A stretch of DNA of 64,000 nucleotides from positions 1 through 64,000 of the IMG/VR virus record IMGVR_UViG_3300032295_003763, one strand, 5' to 3'. This document shows positions 17,996 to 26,721 of the stretch, one piece after another. The notes beneath the pieces were generated by a model. The model worked only from the letters and a program-made list of their open reading frames with translations, did no database searches and was not told the DNA's origin. Position 1 is the first letter of the stretch. The number at the start of each line of letters is the position of its first letter. Source of the DNA: a virus. Its lineage: Duplodnaviria > Caudoviricetes. The position numbers were made by a program, and so were the translations under genes.

Positions 17996-18730
17996 TTATT
18001 TAGTTGTAACTTCTATACCACCATCTTTCGGTGCATAATTATCAGGAATCTCATATCCCAATGCTTTAGCAATGTTTTGTGGTTTCCCTGCATTTGCATC
18101 TTTCAATATAGCCAAATTTTCAAAGTTTGATGTAGCAAAAGCACAAATTCCACCAAGTGTAGTTTTAATAGCTTGGATACTTTCTTTAGGATCTGACCAA
18201 TTTATTAAATGACCTTCTTCATAAAGGCAGAAGCCATTACCAGAAGAATCACCACTCATACCACTTGGAAAGAATAAAAATGTTTTAGGTTTCTTTAAAA
18301 TATTAGGATAACCCGTTTCTGACACCCAATCTTCTCCACTATATTTACTAATGTAGTATACAGAATCACCTTCTTGCAAATTAAGATCATTTGGAATGAT
18401 CATTTTTATTGTCTTAGAAACTCCACTAGCTCTTCCTTCTTTTACAAAAATTGTAGCAGTTTTTAAATATTGAGGTATTCTTATTTCTTCAATATTGAAT
18501 TTGATAATAGTAAGTTCAGAATCCTTTTCTTTTTCATTTTTCTTTACACATTTTCCCAAAATACTGCCCATAATTCTACTTGAATATTTACCATCATCCT
18601 GATTAAAATCAAGTGATGTAATATCCACTACAAGAGTTTCTCCTGGTTTTTTAGGATCAAATGGTTTTACTTCTGATTTTCCTTCTTCTGCTTCGTTGAG
18701 CCAATTCTCAAACAATTTTACATATTTCAT
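17996..18730 (-). CDS. family A paralog 3: putative virion-packaged protein
   Basis: MKYVKLFENWLNE start; C-terminal ANAGKPQNIAKALGYEIPDNYAP; GATATATA at 18761. Confidence 0.85.
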   Translation of the reverse strand: MKYVKLFENWLNEAEEGKSEVKPFDPKKPGETLVVDITSLDFNQDDGKYSSRIMGSILGKCVKKNEKEKDSELTIIKFNIEEIRIPQYLKTATIFVKEGRASGVSKTIKMIIPNDLNLQEGDSVYYISKYSGEDWVSETGYPNILKKPKTFLFFPSGMSGDSSGNGFCLYEEGHLINWSDPKESIQAIKTTLGGICAFATSNFENLAILKDANAGKPQNIAKALGYEIPDNYAPKDGGIEVTTK

Positions 18731-18884
18731 ATTTACTATATTATTTTTATATGTTGAGTGTATATATCAAAACTTAAATACAGTTTTAAAAATATTTTCC
18801 TTACATTATAATATAGACTACTTCAATCAAAAGAATATAAAACACTCGTAGATTCGATATATACACTAAAATAACCAATTCATT

Positions 18885-19178
18885 ATGGAGTTAGAACCAA
18901 TCAAAAAATTTGATGTATTCATTGGAAGTGATTCTGAGCACAAATCAGAACACAAGCCTGAGCACAAGCCTGAACATACATCTAAACTTCACCACCATGA
19001 AATTGAACCAGAATTTGAAATGATCATGGGACAATTGAAGAACATTATTGACAATGCAAATGACTTAATGAAGATGCTTGACGGAAAGGAAGAAGTTGAG
19101 GACTGGGTACAAAGTAAAATCACTATTGCTGATGATTACCTCCTGAAACTCAGAAACTATTTTAAATACAATCAATAA
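18885..19178 (+). CDS. small late protein of large phages with His-rich EHKP repeats
   Basis: SEHKSEHKPEHKPEH; EDWVQSKITIADDYL; GATATATA at 18856. Confidence 0.75.
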   Translation: MELEPIKKFDVFIGSDSEHKSEHKPEHKPEHTSKLHHHEIEPEFEMIMGQLKNIIDNANDLMKMLDGKEEVEDWVQSKITIADDYLLKLRNYFKYNQ

Positions 19179-19187
19179 CAATATAAT

Positions 19188-19838
19188 ATGGCAAATGGTG
19201 TACACAAAATAACAGAAGAGTTTGAGAATAAACTTTCGGATTATACGGGTGCACCATTTACCATATGTGTTGATAATCAAAGTAATGCCTTATTTTTATC
19301 GTTAACTTATTACAAATTAAAGCATAATCTTAAAGATTTAGTTGTAAATATACCTCAAAGAACATACCCTTCAGTACCCTGTGAAATAATACATACAGGA
19401 TCAAAAGTAAAGTTTATAGAATCCGAGGGTAAAACATTAAAGGGAGCATATCAACTAGCCCCCACGAATGTTTGGGATTCTGCCCTACGCTTCACATCAA
19501 ATATGTATATTCCGAATTCCTTTATGTGTTTATCATTTACAGGACCCTACAAGCACCTGAAGTTATCTAAAGGTGGAGCAATACTCACAGATGATTTTCA
19601 GGCCTACAAATGGTTTAAAAAAGCAAGATTCTCAGGGCGTGATGAATGTAGTTATCATGATGATGATTTTGATAACAATCCAGTTATCGGATGGAATTTT
19701 TATATGATGCCAGAAATAGCTACTAGGGGTCTTTTACTATTGCAACAGTTCTATAATGCAGATGGAACAAAGAAAACTAACGAAGATATTGAATTGCCAT
19801 ATCCAGACCTAAGTAAGTATAAATTATATCAACAATAA
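19188..19838 (+). CDS. DegT/DnrJ/EryC1/StrS-like PLP aminotransferase (short form)
   Basis: FENKLSDYTG, N.S.AL.L, TYPSV, DSA, SFTGPYKHL..GGAILTDD, GWNFYM. Confidence 0.8.
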   Translation: MANGVHKITEEFENKLSDYTGAPFTICVDNQSNALFLSLTYYKLKHNLKDLVVNIPQRTYPSVPCEIIHTGSKVKFIESEGKTLKGAYQLAPTNVWDSALRFTSNMYIPNSFMCLSFTGPYKHLKLSKGGAILTDDFQAYKWFKKARFSGRDECSYHDDDFDNNPVIGWNFYMMPEIATRGLLLLQQFYNADGTKKTNEDIELPYPDLSKYKLYQQ

Positions 19839-19839
19839 T

Positions 19840-20406
19840 ATGTTTTACAATTCTTCAGAGTTATCAAAGTTAGGGTTTAAATCAGTAGGTAAAAATGTTT
19901 TATTATCTGATAAATGTTCAATATACAATCCAAGTAATATATCAATTGGTGATAATGTTAGAATAGATGATTTTTGCGTTCTCAGCGCAGGAATTGGGGG
20001 TATACATATAGGAAACTATATTCATATTGCAGTTTACTGTAGTTTAATAGGAAATGGTAAAATAACACTTGAAGATTTTTCAGCATTATCGTCAAGAGTG
20101 TCTGTATATAGTTCAACTGATGATTTTAGCGGTGAGTTTTTGACCAACCCAATAATTGATAAACAATACACAAACGTTATTAATGGAGATGTTAGAATTG
20201 GTAAGCATTCAGTCATTGGAGCTGGCTCAATAATATTACCGAATGTAGACGTAGGAAACTTTTCTTCTGTTGGAGCAATGTCCCTTTTAAATAAAAATGT
20301 TGAAGAATATAAAATAGTCGCTGGAATACCAGCAAAGGTAATAAAAAATAGAAGTGCCAAACTAAATGAACTTGAGCGTGAGTTTCTGAAAAATAAAAAG
20401 TCCTGA
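19840..20406 (+). CDS. hexapeptide-repeat (LbH) sugar O-acetyltransferase
   Basis: ISIGDNVRIDDF, IGKHSVIGAGSIILP, AGIPAKVIK. Confidence 0.9.
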   Translation: MFYNSSELSKLGFKSVGKNVLLSDKCSIYNPSNISIGDNVRIDDFCVLSAGIGGIHIGNYIHIAVYCSLIGNGKITLEDFSALSSRVSVYSSTDDFSGEFLTNPIIDKQYTNVINGDVRIGKHSVIGAGSIILPNVDVGNFSSVGAMSLLNKNVEEYKIVAGIPAKVIKNRSAKLNELEREFLKNKKS

Positions 20407-20439
20407 TTTAAGCAAGTTTAAAATTACACCAGAAATAAT

Positions 20440-21237
20440 ATGATTACAAAAAAACACCTTATTGTATTTTTGGCATTTAAAGAAGTCGATATTATTAAAA
20501 AAAGTTTTGAGAGTATAAAGGATGTCTCTTCAGATATATTCGTTATCGAAAATAAATCTGAGAACTCTCAAGAAATAGAAGAATACTTTAAGTCTAAATC
20601 AGAATCTTTAATTGGATATATTCAGTTTAATGAAAATACTGAAAATAGCTCGATTCCTCTTTTCAATAAAGCATTCAAGGATTTAGTTACAAGTTATGAA
20701 TACATAACATATACAGATGGTGATTTATATGCTTATGATGCAGAAGAAATGTTCAGAGAAATACTTGAAGCATTTAAAAACCCCAGAGTTATGGTATCTT
20801 CAAGTGCAGTATGGGAAGGAAACTATTCTTTTATTAATTCAAAAGAATATATTGATATAATCAAAAAAAATAAGAGTAATTTAAAGCCTTTAGAATTAAG
20901 AAAAGGATTCGAAGATTTTTTAAACGAACAAAAAGATAATAATCGTGATTTTGGAAGTAAAAATTTTCCTGTCAGTTTATCTACTGGTCATTTTTTTGTT
21001 ACTTTTAGAAATCAAGACTTAAAACATATTTTTGATATAGAAATCTATATGGATGCATATATTTATAGGAAGGTAATAGAGATGAAAAGGGAATGGCATA
21101 TTACAAATAGAAATATATCATATCATATGTCTTGGGATTTATATTATCAAGGGAGTTCTTATTATGAATGGAAAAGAGAGATCAAAGATACTCTTTGGAA
21201 GATTGTAAAAGAATCTGATTTTAGGGTTATAGTATGA
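20440..21237 (+). CDS. putative glycosyltransferase (GT-A-like)
   Basis: IFVIEN.S, YITYTDGD DxD motif, late H; adjacent to sugar genes. Confidence 0.6.
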   Translation: MITKKHLIVFLAFKEVDIIKKSFESIKDVSSDIFVIENKSENSQEIEEYFKSKSESLIGYIQFNENTENSSIPLFNKAFKDLVTSYEYITYTDGDLYAYDAEEMFREILEAFKNPRVMVSSSAVWEGNYSFINSKEYIDIIKKNKSNLKPLELRKGFEDFLNEQKDNNRDFGSKNFPVSLSTGHFFVTFRNQDLKHIFDIEIYMDAYIYRKVIEMKREWHITNRNISYHMSWDLYYQGSSYYEWKREIKDTLWKIVKESDFRVIV

Positions 21238-21284
21238 GATAAAATATACTTATAGGTTCTGTAGGATTTTCTAGATAAAGCTAT

Positions 21285-21320
21285 AAAAAAACCCAATCGG
21301 AATTGATTGGGTTTGTTTTT
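21285..21320. terminator. bidirectional terminator
   Basis: AAACCCAATC/GATTGGGTTT stem with A and T flanks. Confidence 0.75.
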
Positions 21321-21811
21321 CATTTTACCATTTGAGAATTATTGTAAGCCATTTCATAATTTATTCTCTTAATGACTTTATTCCAATATTTCTTTGTCGC
21401 TTTCTTCTTATGTCCATTTGGACCGCCATTCCATTTTCTTGCTATCAATTCCATTTCCTGTTCAGAAATATTATTGACATTAATATTTGGGTTATAGAAT
21501 TTCTGATATATCCAGAACATTTCTTCTGATTTTTCTTTGTTATTACGATCAGCAAGTGTGAACTTTTTTTCAATTCCTTTAATTTCACAAATTCTATTAA
21601 CTTCTTTAACCATGACTGATTTAATCTGGACGATGCCTACTGATCCATCCCTAGACACAGCTTTGGGGTTATGAGTAGATTCGATCCAAGCGATAGATGA
21701 GAATAAAACATCCTTCATCTTTAAATCTTTTTTCAACGGTGCGGTCGCAGTTGCACAAATAGCTAGGAATATAAATCCTATAAGTGTGCATTTAACATAA
21801 TGTTTAATCAT
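21320..21811 (-). CDS. lytic transglycosylase/lysozyme-like protein with N-terminal signal or anchor
   Basis: IAWIES, GIVQI, ARKWNGGP motifs; GGAAGGA SD. Confidence 0.8.
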   Translation of the reverse strand: MIKHYVKCTLIGFIFLAICATATAPLKKDLKMKDVLFSSIAWIESTHNPKAVSRDGSVGIVQIKSVMVKEVNRICEIKGIEKKFTLADRNNKEKSEEMFWIYQKFYNPNINVNNISEQEMELIARKWNGGPNGHKKKATKKYWNKVIKRINYEMAYNNSQMVK

Positions 21812-21980
21812 TCATCCTTCCTTTTTATTTTTGGTAAAGAGGTCGTATATAGCTGATAAAGATACTGAATTTAACGGATTTTACAAAATTTTTATTATTC
21901 TTGGTATCCCCAAATGGACTAAAAGTATGAAATAATACTAATAAATTACCATTTATTAAAAGTTTGTAATAAATAGCATT

Positions 21981-22367
21981 TTAGGAGTTGAGTGGGTTAA
22001 CTTTAAATTTTATTAAATAGATCGGAGAGGATATGAGACTATGTTCAATTTGAGATGTAAGACCATGTGTAAATACATGAATTACATCATTATTTAATAA
22101 AATATTCTGGAAAAAATCAAAGTTTAGATTATATTTAAAATTAAACATAATCTGTATATTGAATGAAAAACTCTTACTTTCTTGAATCTTAATAAAATCA
22201 ATAAGTTCAAGACACCTCATGGAACTGAGATAATTCTTATTCACTTTATTAATGTCTAATTCCCTTACTTCAAGATCCTTCTCAAATGCTCTATAAATAA
22301 GAGTTATAGCCTTTTTATTATATCTAATGTCATCTTTATGCATAATACAATTATATATTGAGAGCAT
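21981..22367 (-). CDS. hypothetical protein
   Basis: 128-aa ORF filling an otherwise empty gap; no motif recognised. Confidence 0.45.
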   Translation of the reverse strand: MLSIYNCIMHKDDIRYNKKAITLIYRAFEKDLEVRELDINKVNKNYLSSMRCLELIDFIKIQESKSFSFNIQIMFNFKYNLNFDFFQNILLNNDVIHVFTHGLTSQIEHSLISSPIYLIKFKVNPLNS

Positions 22368-22449
22368 TCAATACTTAATGATACTTATGTGAAAATATCT
22401 TTTTAAATCTAGATATATAATGCAATAAACAAACAATACAAGAATTATT

Positions 22450-23883
22450 ATGATCCCTAATTTTAATAATTTTCAGAAATTTAATTCTGAAAATCAAAAA
22501 CTAAACGAAGGAAATTTTATTTCATCGGATATTACAGGACTTGTTGATACTGATGCCGCAGCTAAACTGTCAGCTCTTACAATAGACAAGCTGTTTGAAG
22601 GTTTAGATTTAGAAAAAAGTGACCAGATGCATAGATTTATTGCTACAAATGCTCCGTCACTACAAGAAGTTATGGGACTTAATATAGCAGATGATACATT
22701 TTCATTTGAGATTATTAAGCAACAACTAAATTATATTGCAGAAAAAATTGCCTTTGTTGAAAAGGATTTTGCGAAATATTATAATTATATCATAAGTGCT
22801 TACAAAACTACAGCTGATGATAAAGTAGAGGGAGCAGTAGCAGGATTTACTTCACCAGAAGGTTTTTCATCAATAATCCCACAAATAGAAGAATTAGTAC
22901 AAGAAGCAAAAAAATCTGGGATGGACTTTACAAATCCTAGAATTTTAGAAACATTTAATGCTTTACATAGAATTAATATCTCTAATATAATAGGTGAAAT
23001 ATCTAAAGTATTAGAACAATCTTCATTTACATATGGACTTGTAAATATCTATAAGAAAGTTGACGCTATGGAATTGGAAGAAATAGAATCTAATTCTGCG
23101 ATTTCAAATCCTGATATCTATATTGCTGAATACTTGAATTTAGACGAATTATATAAATCAGAAGATCCAGTTGCTCGAATGGCAGCATTCTTTGAAGAAG
23201 TTTTAAATGTTTATCCTTATATCAAACAACTTAAGAGAAATTTCAATGAAACTTATGATATAATTGAGAGTGATTTAGTTGAAGCTTCTATTCATCAATT
23301 TATTCCTTCTATGGATTATTCAGCATTTGATCAAATGTCTGAATTATTAAATAAAGTATGCGGATTACTTGTTAATAGAGTTTATGTAAATAACCCAGTT
23401 GAAGATAATAAAAACATTTTCGTACCAGCATTACAAGCTATTTACATTGGTCTTTTGGCTATTGTTTCAACAAAGTTAATTAACTTTAATATTCAAGTTC
23501 AAACGACTATAACTCAAAAAGAAGAAGAGAAAAAACAGATGTTAGCGAAAACTGCTGAAGATAGAGTTCGTAATGTCTATAACTCTTACAAACTTCTTAT
23601 TGAACAAGGATTCTTTACACCTGGTAGTGGTGTCTATAAAGAAGGTGCTTTAGGTATGAATCCAGAGATTATTAAAAATATCCATTATTTCCTCAATAGT
23701 TTAAAATTATTACCAGATACAAAAGTAGATTCAGATGTATATGACAGAGCTACTGCTGATGCTGTTATTAAGTTTCAAACTATAAATAAGGCTCAAAAGG
23801 TTGATGGTAAAATTGGATCAGAAACAAAAGCTATAATGGACAAAACTGCTAACTTTTTAGCTGATAAATATAATATAATATAA
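22450..23883 (+). CDS. large helical protein with C-terminal peptidoglycan-binding domain
   Basis: C-terminal YDRATADAVIKFQ...VDGKIGSET; GATATATA at 22412. Confidence 0.8.
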   Translation: MIPNFNNFQKFNSENQKLNEGNFISSDITGLVDTDAAAKLSALTIDKLFEGLDLEKSDQMHRFIATNAPSLQEVMGLNIADDTFSFEIIKQQLNYIAEKIAFVEKDFAKYYNYIISAYKTTADDKVEGAVAGFTSPEGFSSIIPQIEELVQEAKKSGMDFTNPRILETFNALHRINISNIIGEISKVLEQSSFTYGLVNIYKKVDAMELEEIESNSAISNPDIYIAEYLNLDELYKSEDPVARMAAFFEEVLNVYPYIKQLKRNFNETYDIIESDLVEASIHQFIPSMDYSAFDQMSELLNKVCGLLVNRVYVNNPVEDNKNIFVPALQAIYIGLLAIVSTKLINFNIQVQTTITQKEEEKKQMLAKTAEDRVRNVYNSYKLLIEQGFFTPGSGVYKEGALGMNPEIIKNIHYFLNSLKLLPDTKVDSDVYDRATADAVIKFQTINKAQKVDGKIGSETKAIMDKTANFLADKYNII

Positions 23884-23886
23884 GAT

Positions 23887-24972
23887 ATGAAAAGAAGAAT
23901 TTTAAACTTTGAAAGTTTCTTATTAGAAAATACAAAACCTACAGTTATTAATGAAGATTTAAACTTAAGTGCTATCCCTTCATCAGAACTTCAGGCAATC
24001 ATTGATACAGATATGAAATCATATCTTAAAAAAGTTATGTGGAATAAGAGTATTGAAGTATTCTATGGTAAAGATTACAAAGGAAATCCAACAGAAGACA
24101 AAAGAGAAGTCTATACTGGTGCATGGTTCAGTGGTCATGATAAGCACACTATGGGAGAATTTTTCCAAGATGCTTGGGTTGAAACTGATCAATTCTGTGA
24201 TAGAGTAGTTGAACTAGTAGAAACTGGAGAGATTTCAGATACATGGAAATCTGTTGGTAAAACATTGTTCTGGAGTGGAGTTGGTGCTGGTGTAGTAGCT
24301 GGAATAGTATTTACTGGTGGAGGACTTTTAGGATTAGGTGCTGCAGCTGGTACTGGTGCAACTGGAGTATTTACAGCAGCTGGTACTGCAGCTTTGGGTA
24401 CTGGTTTTGGAATTAGTTCTACAGTTTTTGGTGGACTAGGAACTATTATTTGGAATATAAAAGGTTCTCTAGATCAAGAAGAATTTAAAAAATTGAGCCC
24501 TGAGGTAGTCAATGTTTTAAATATGATCAATGATAAAGAAGGAACAATTAGCTATTTTAAAGATAAACTAGAAAGACATTCAGACCACGAAGCTGATTGG
24601 GGATTAGACAGATGGCTTCCTGCAATTCAAGGTATGCCAGGCTGGAGCAAAAGTTCATGGGCTAAAAATGGAGCTGAAAATATAGGGTATTCCTTCACAT
24701 ATTGGATTTCTTATTATGCTTATCAATATTTACAAGCAAAATTCGGTGCTTCAGTTGCACTAGCGGCTCAAGAAAGTCTGACTAAACAAGCAACTCAGCC
24801 AGCTCAACCTAAAGTAGAGCCTATATCCACTGAGCCTTCTACACAAGAGAAAGACACTCAAACTGCTCCGAATACAACTACCCCACCCTCTGGTGGCGTT
24901 ATGGGTGCAGTTCAGCCTAAACAATATAATATAGTTGTGGATGATTCAACGGTATCTAATTATGATTTGTAA
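23887..24972 (+). CDS. putative virion protein with Gly/Ala-rich hydrophobic (membrane-inserting) segment
   Basis: MKRRILNFESFLLE start; ~60-aa uncharged GVGAGVVAG...GLGTIIW segment; Pro/Thr-rich tail. Confidence 0.75.
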   Translation: MKRRILNFESFLLENTKPTVINEDLNLSAIPSSELQAIIDTDMKSYLKKVMWNKSIEVFYGKDYKGNPTEDKREVYTGAWFSGHDKHTMGEFFQDAWVETDQFCDRVVELVETGEISDTWKSVGKTLFWSGVGAGVVAGIVFTGGGLLGLGAAAGTGATGVFTAAGTAALGTGFGISSTVFGGLGTIIWNIKGSLDQEEFKKLSPEVVNVLNMINDKEGTISYFKDKLERHSDHEADWGLDRWLPAIQGMPGWSKSSWAKNGAENIGYSFTYWISYYAYQYLQAKFGASVALAAQESLTKQATQPAQPKVEPISTEPSTQEKDTQTAPNTTTPPSGGVMGAVQPKQYNIVVDDSTVSNYDL

Positions 24973-24993
24973 TTAAAGATTACATAGAAAAAG

Positions 24994-25019
24994 AAAAGGA
25001 GACTTTTAGTCTCCTTTTT
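24994..25019. terminator. bidirectional terminator
   Basis: AAAAGGAGAC/GTCTCCTTTT stem. Confidence 0.8.
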
Positions 25020-25659
25020 ATTTTGTATTAGAACTTTTCCAGATTAAAACATTCGGATACCTATTCCCTTTATTTGAAGAATATTCTTCAACTCCATTCT
25101 GATAATAAAATGTCGATGAACCTCCATCAAAATTAAGAGCTGAAATGCATCCTAATTCTAACATTTTATCCTGTAAACTTTTTAAAGTAGAAGCAGAACT
25201 TATAAATACAAGTACAGTACCATCTTTTAATATACCCACAGCAGTTCTTGGACAGTTTCGTCTAGCAAAATGACTGTTAATTACCCTTTGTTTCTCTCCA
25301 TCTTGAATTAATAATGGAAACCCACTAGCCATGTAATTATATTCAAAATCAGGAGATTCATTCCATTTTAATATCTTTATACTTGTATTAGAAAGATATA
25401 ATACAGGCCAGCGTTTTGAATTCTTGTGAGAAACTATAGAAGTATCTTTATAGGGACCTACGAAGGTTTTTGTTGTGAAGAAAGAAAGATTGCACATTGA
25501 CATAGCCCCTCTCTTTTCTTTGAACCAAAGAGAAGTTTTTCTGACCGATGATGATTCCATTCTGATTTCATGTGTCTTTACGAAAAATGTCCAATCTTTA
25601 GAATTTAATGGAATATAACTCGATACTAATAGGGTTAGTATTATTGTTAATATTTTCAT
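25018..25659 (-). CDS. phosphodiester glycosidase family (NAGPA/DUF2233) secreted protein
   Basis: PRTAVG and ALNFDGGSS motifs; N-terminal signal peptide. Confidence 0.85.
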   Translation of the reverse strand: MKILTIILTLLVSSYIPLNSKDWTFFVKTHEIRMESSSVRKTSLWFKEKRGAMSMCNLSFFTTKTFVGPYKDTSIVSHKNSKRWPVLYLSNTSIKILKWNESPDFEYNYMASGFPLLIQDGEKQRVINSHFARRNCPRTAVGILKDGTVLVFISSASTLKSLQDKMLELGCISALNFDGGSSTFYYQNGVEEYSSNKGNRYPNVLIWKSSNTK

Positions 25660-25708
25660 TACTTTTCTATATATCCGAAAAGTAACTTAAAAATAGGATT
25701 TTTAGGTT

Positions 25709-26710
25709 TTACATTCTAAAATAACTGAGGAGAGAACTCACAGCATCAATATTAGTAAGCATGTGATTCATTCCTTTTTTCGAGGTAAATACGCTGTTTA
25801 CTATTAAATTTTGAGCATTTAAATTTCTTGATCCGCCTGCTGAGGTTGAGGTTCCAGTATAGTAGTATTCTACCTTGGATGGGTATTTTTTGGCTAAATC
25901 TACATAAAAATCAGCAACACTTTGATTTTTACCAATATAAATATCAACTAAATATATTTTTTCAAATTGTTCAGGACTAACTGATTTTAGCAGAGTGATA
26001 CCAGGTCTGAAACCACCTGAAAATAGATATAATATCTTTTTATCAGGATAAATATTTTGACTCTGTACATAATCAGATATCTTCTGATAAGCATCTAAAC
26101 CATTTATTTTATGATTTTTAGCTACAAACAAATTAAACTTTGTACCTGCTTCCTTAAAATAATCGTACATGTAATCGCCACTTTCTCTTCCATTTACATT
26201 TATACCACCATATACAAATATTAAAGGGGCTTTATCGTACATAGAAGGTGTAAAGTTACCCAAATCTGAAATTTCCTCACTAGTAGTCTTTGGGTCATGC
26301 AATGCTTCTGGATTTTGGGTATATGTATTATTTACAGAACTTAAACCTAATTTATCCAGTGTATCCTTATTTATTACGCCTTTGCTATCTTGTAACGAAT
26401 TAGCACTTTGAAATTTTGAAAGTGCTTCACTTGTAGCTTGACCAAATTTACCGTCAATTGAATTTTTCCCATTATACAAAGTAGGAGCAAGAAAACCTTT
26501 ATCTACTAGAATCTTTTGGATGTCCATAATTGTAGATTGAGCTTGACCTTGATTATCATAAGATCTAGATTCATTTAAATATTCGTAAAATGTTCTCATA
26601 TCAACGGAATTTTTTATCACACCTATATATCTAGAATCACTACTTAAAGTTAAGTCTAAAGATACAACAATGAGTATAACGATCAATATTACTACTTTTT
26701 TTATATTCAT
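25709..26710 (-). CDS. PG-binding domain + alpha/beta-hydrolase-like protein; alternative start at 26599
   Basis: IDGKFGQATSEALSKFQ; LYLFSGG nucleophile-elbow-like motif, C-terminal His; internal MRTFYEYLNE start behind GATATATA. Confidence 0.75.
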   Translation of the reverse strand: MNIKKVVILIVILIVVSLDLTLSSDSRYIGVIKNSVDMRTFYEYLNESRSYDNQGQAQSTIMDIQKILVDKGFLAPTLYNGKNSIDGKFGQATSEALSKFQSANSLQDSKGVINKDTLDKLGLSSVNNTYTQNPEALHDPKTTSEEISDLGNFTPSMYDKAPLIFVYGGINVNGRESGDYMYDYFKEAGTKFNLFVAKNHKINGLDAYQKISDYVQSQNIYPDKKILYLFSGGFRPGITLLKSVSPEQFEKIYLVDIYIGKNQSVADFYVDLAKKYPSKVEYYYTGTSTSAGGSRNLNAQNLIVNSVFTSKKGMNHMLTNIDAVSSLLSYFRM

Positions 26711-26721
26711 ACTTACTATTT

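Noticed and set aside
12509-18730. Invertible (shufflon-like) cassette explaining the alternating orientation
   Set aside because: No recombinase nearby and no inverted recombination sites seen; each family keeps a constant strand, consistent with tandem duplication
18929-18999. EHKP/His-rich tandem repeat as a separate repeat element
   Set aside because: Short in-frame coding repeat within 18885..19178
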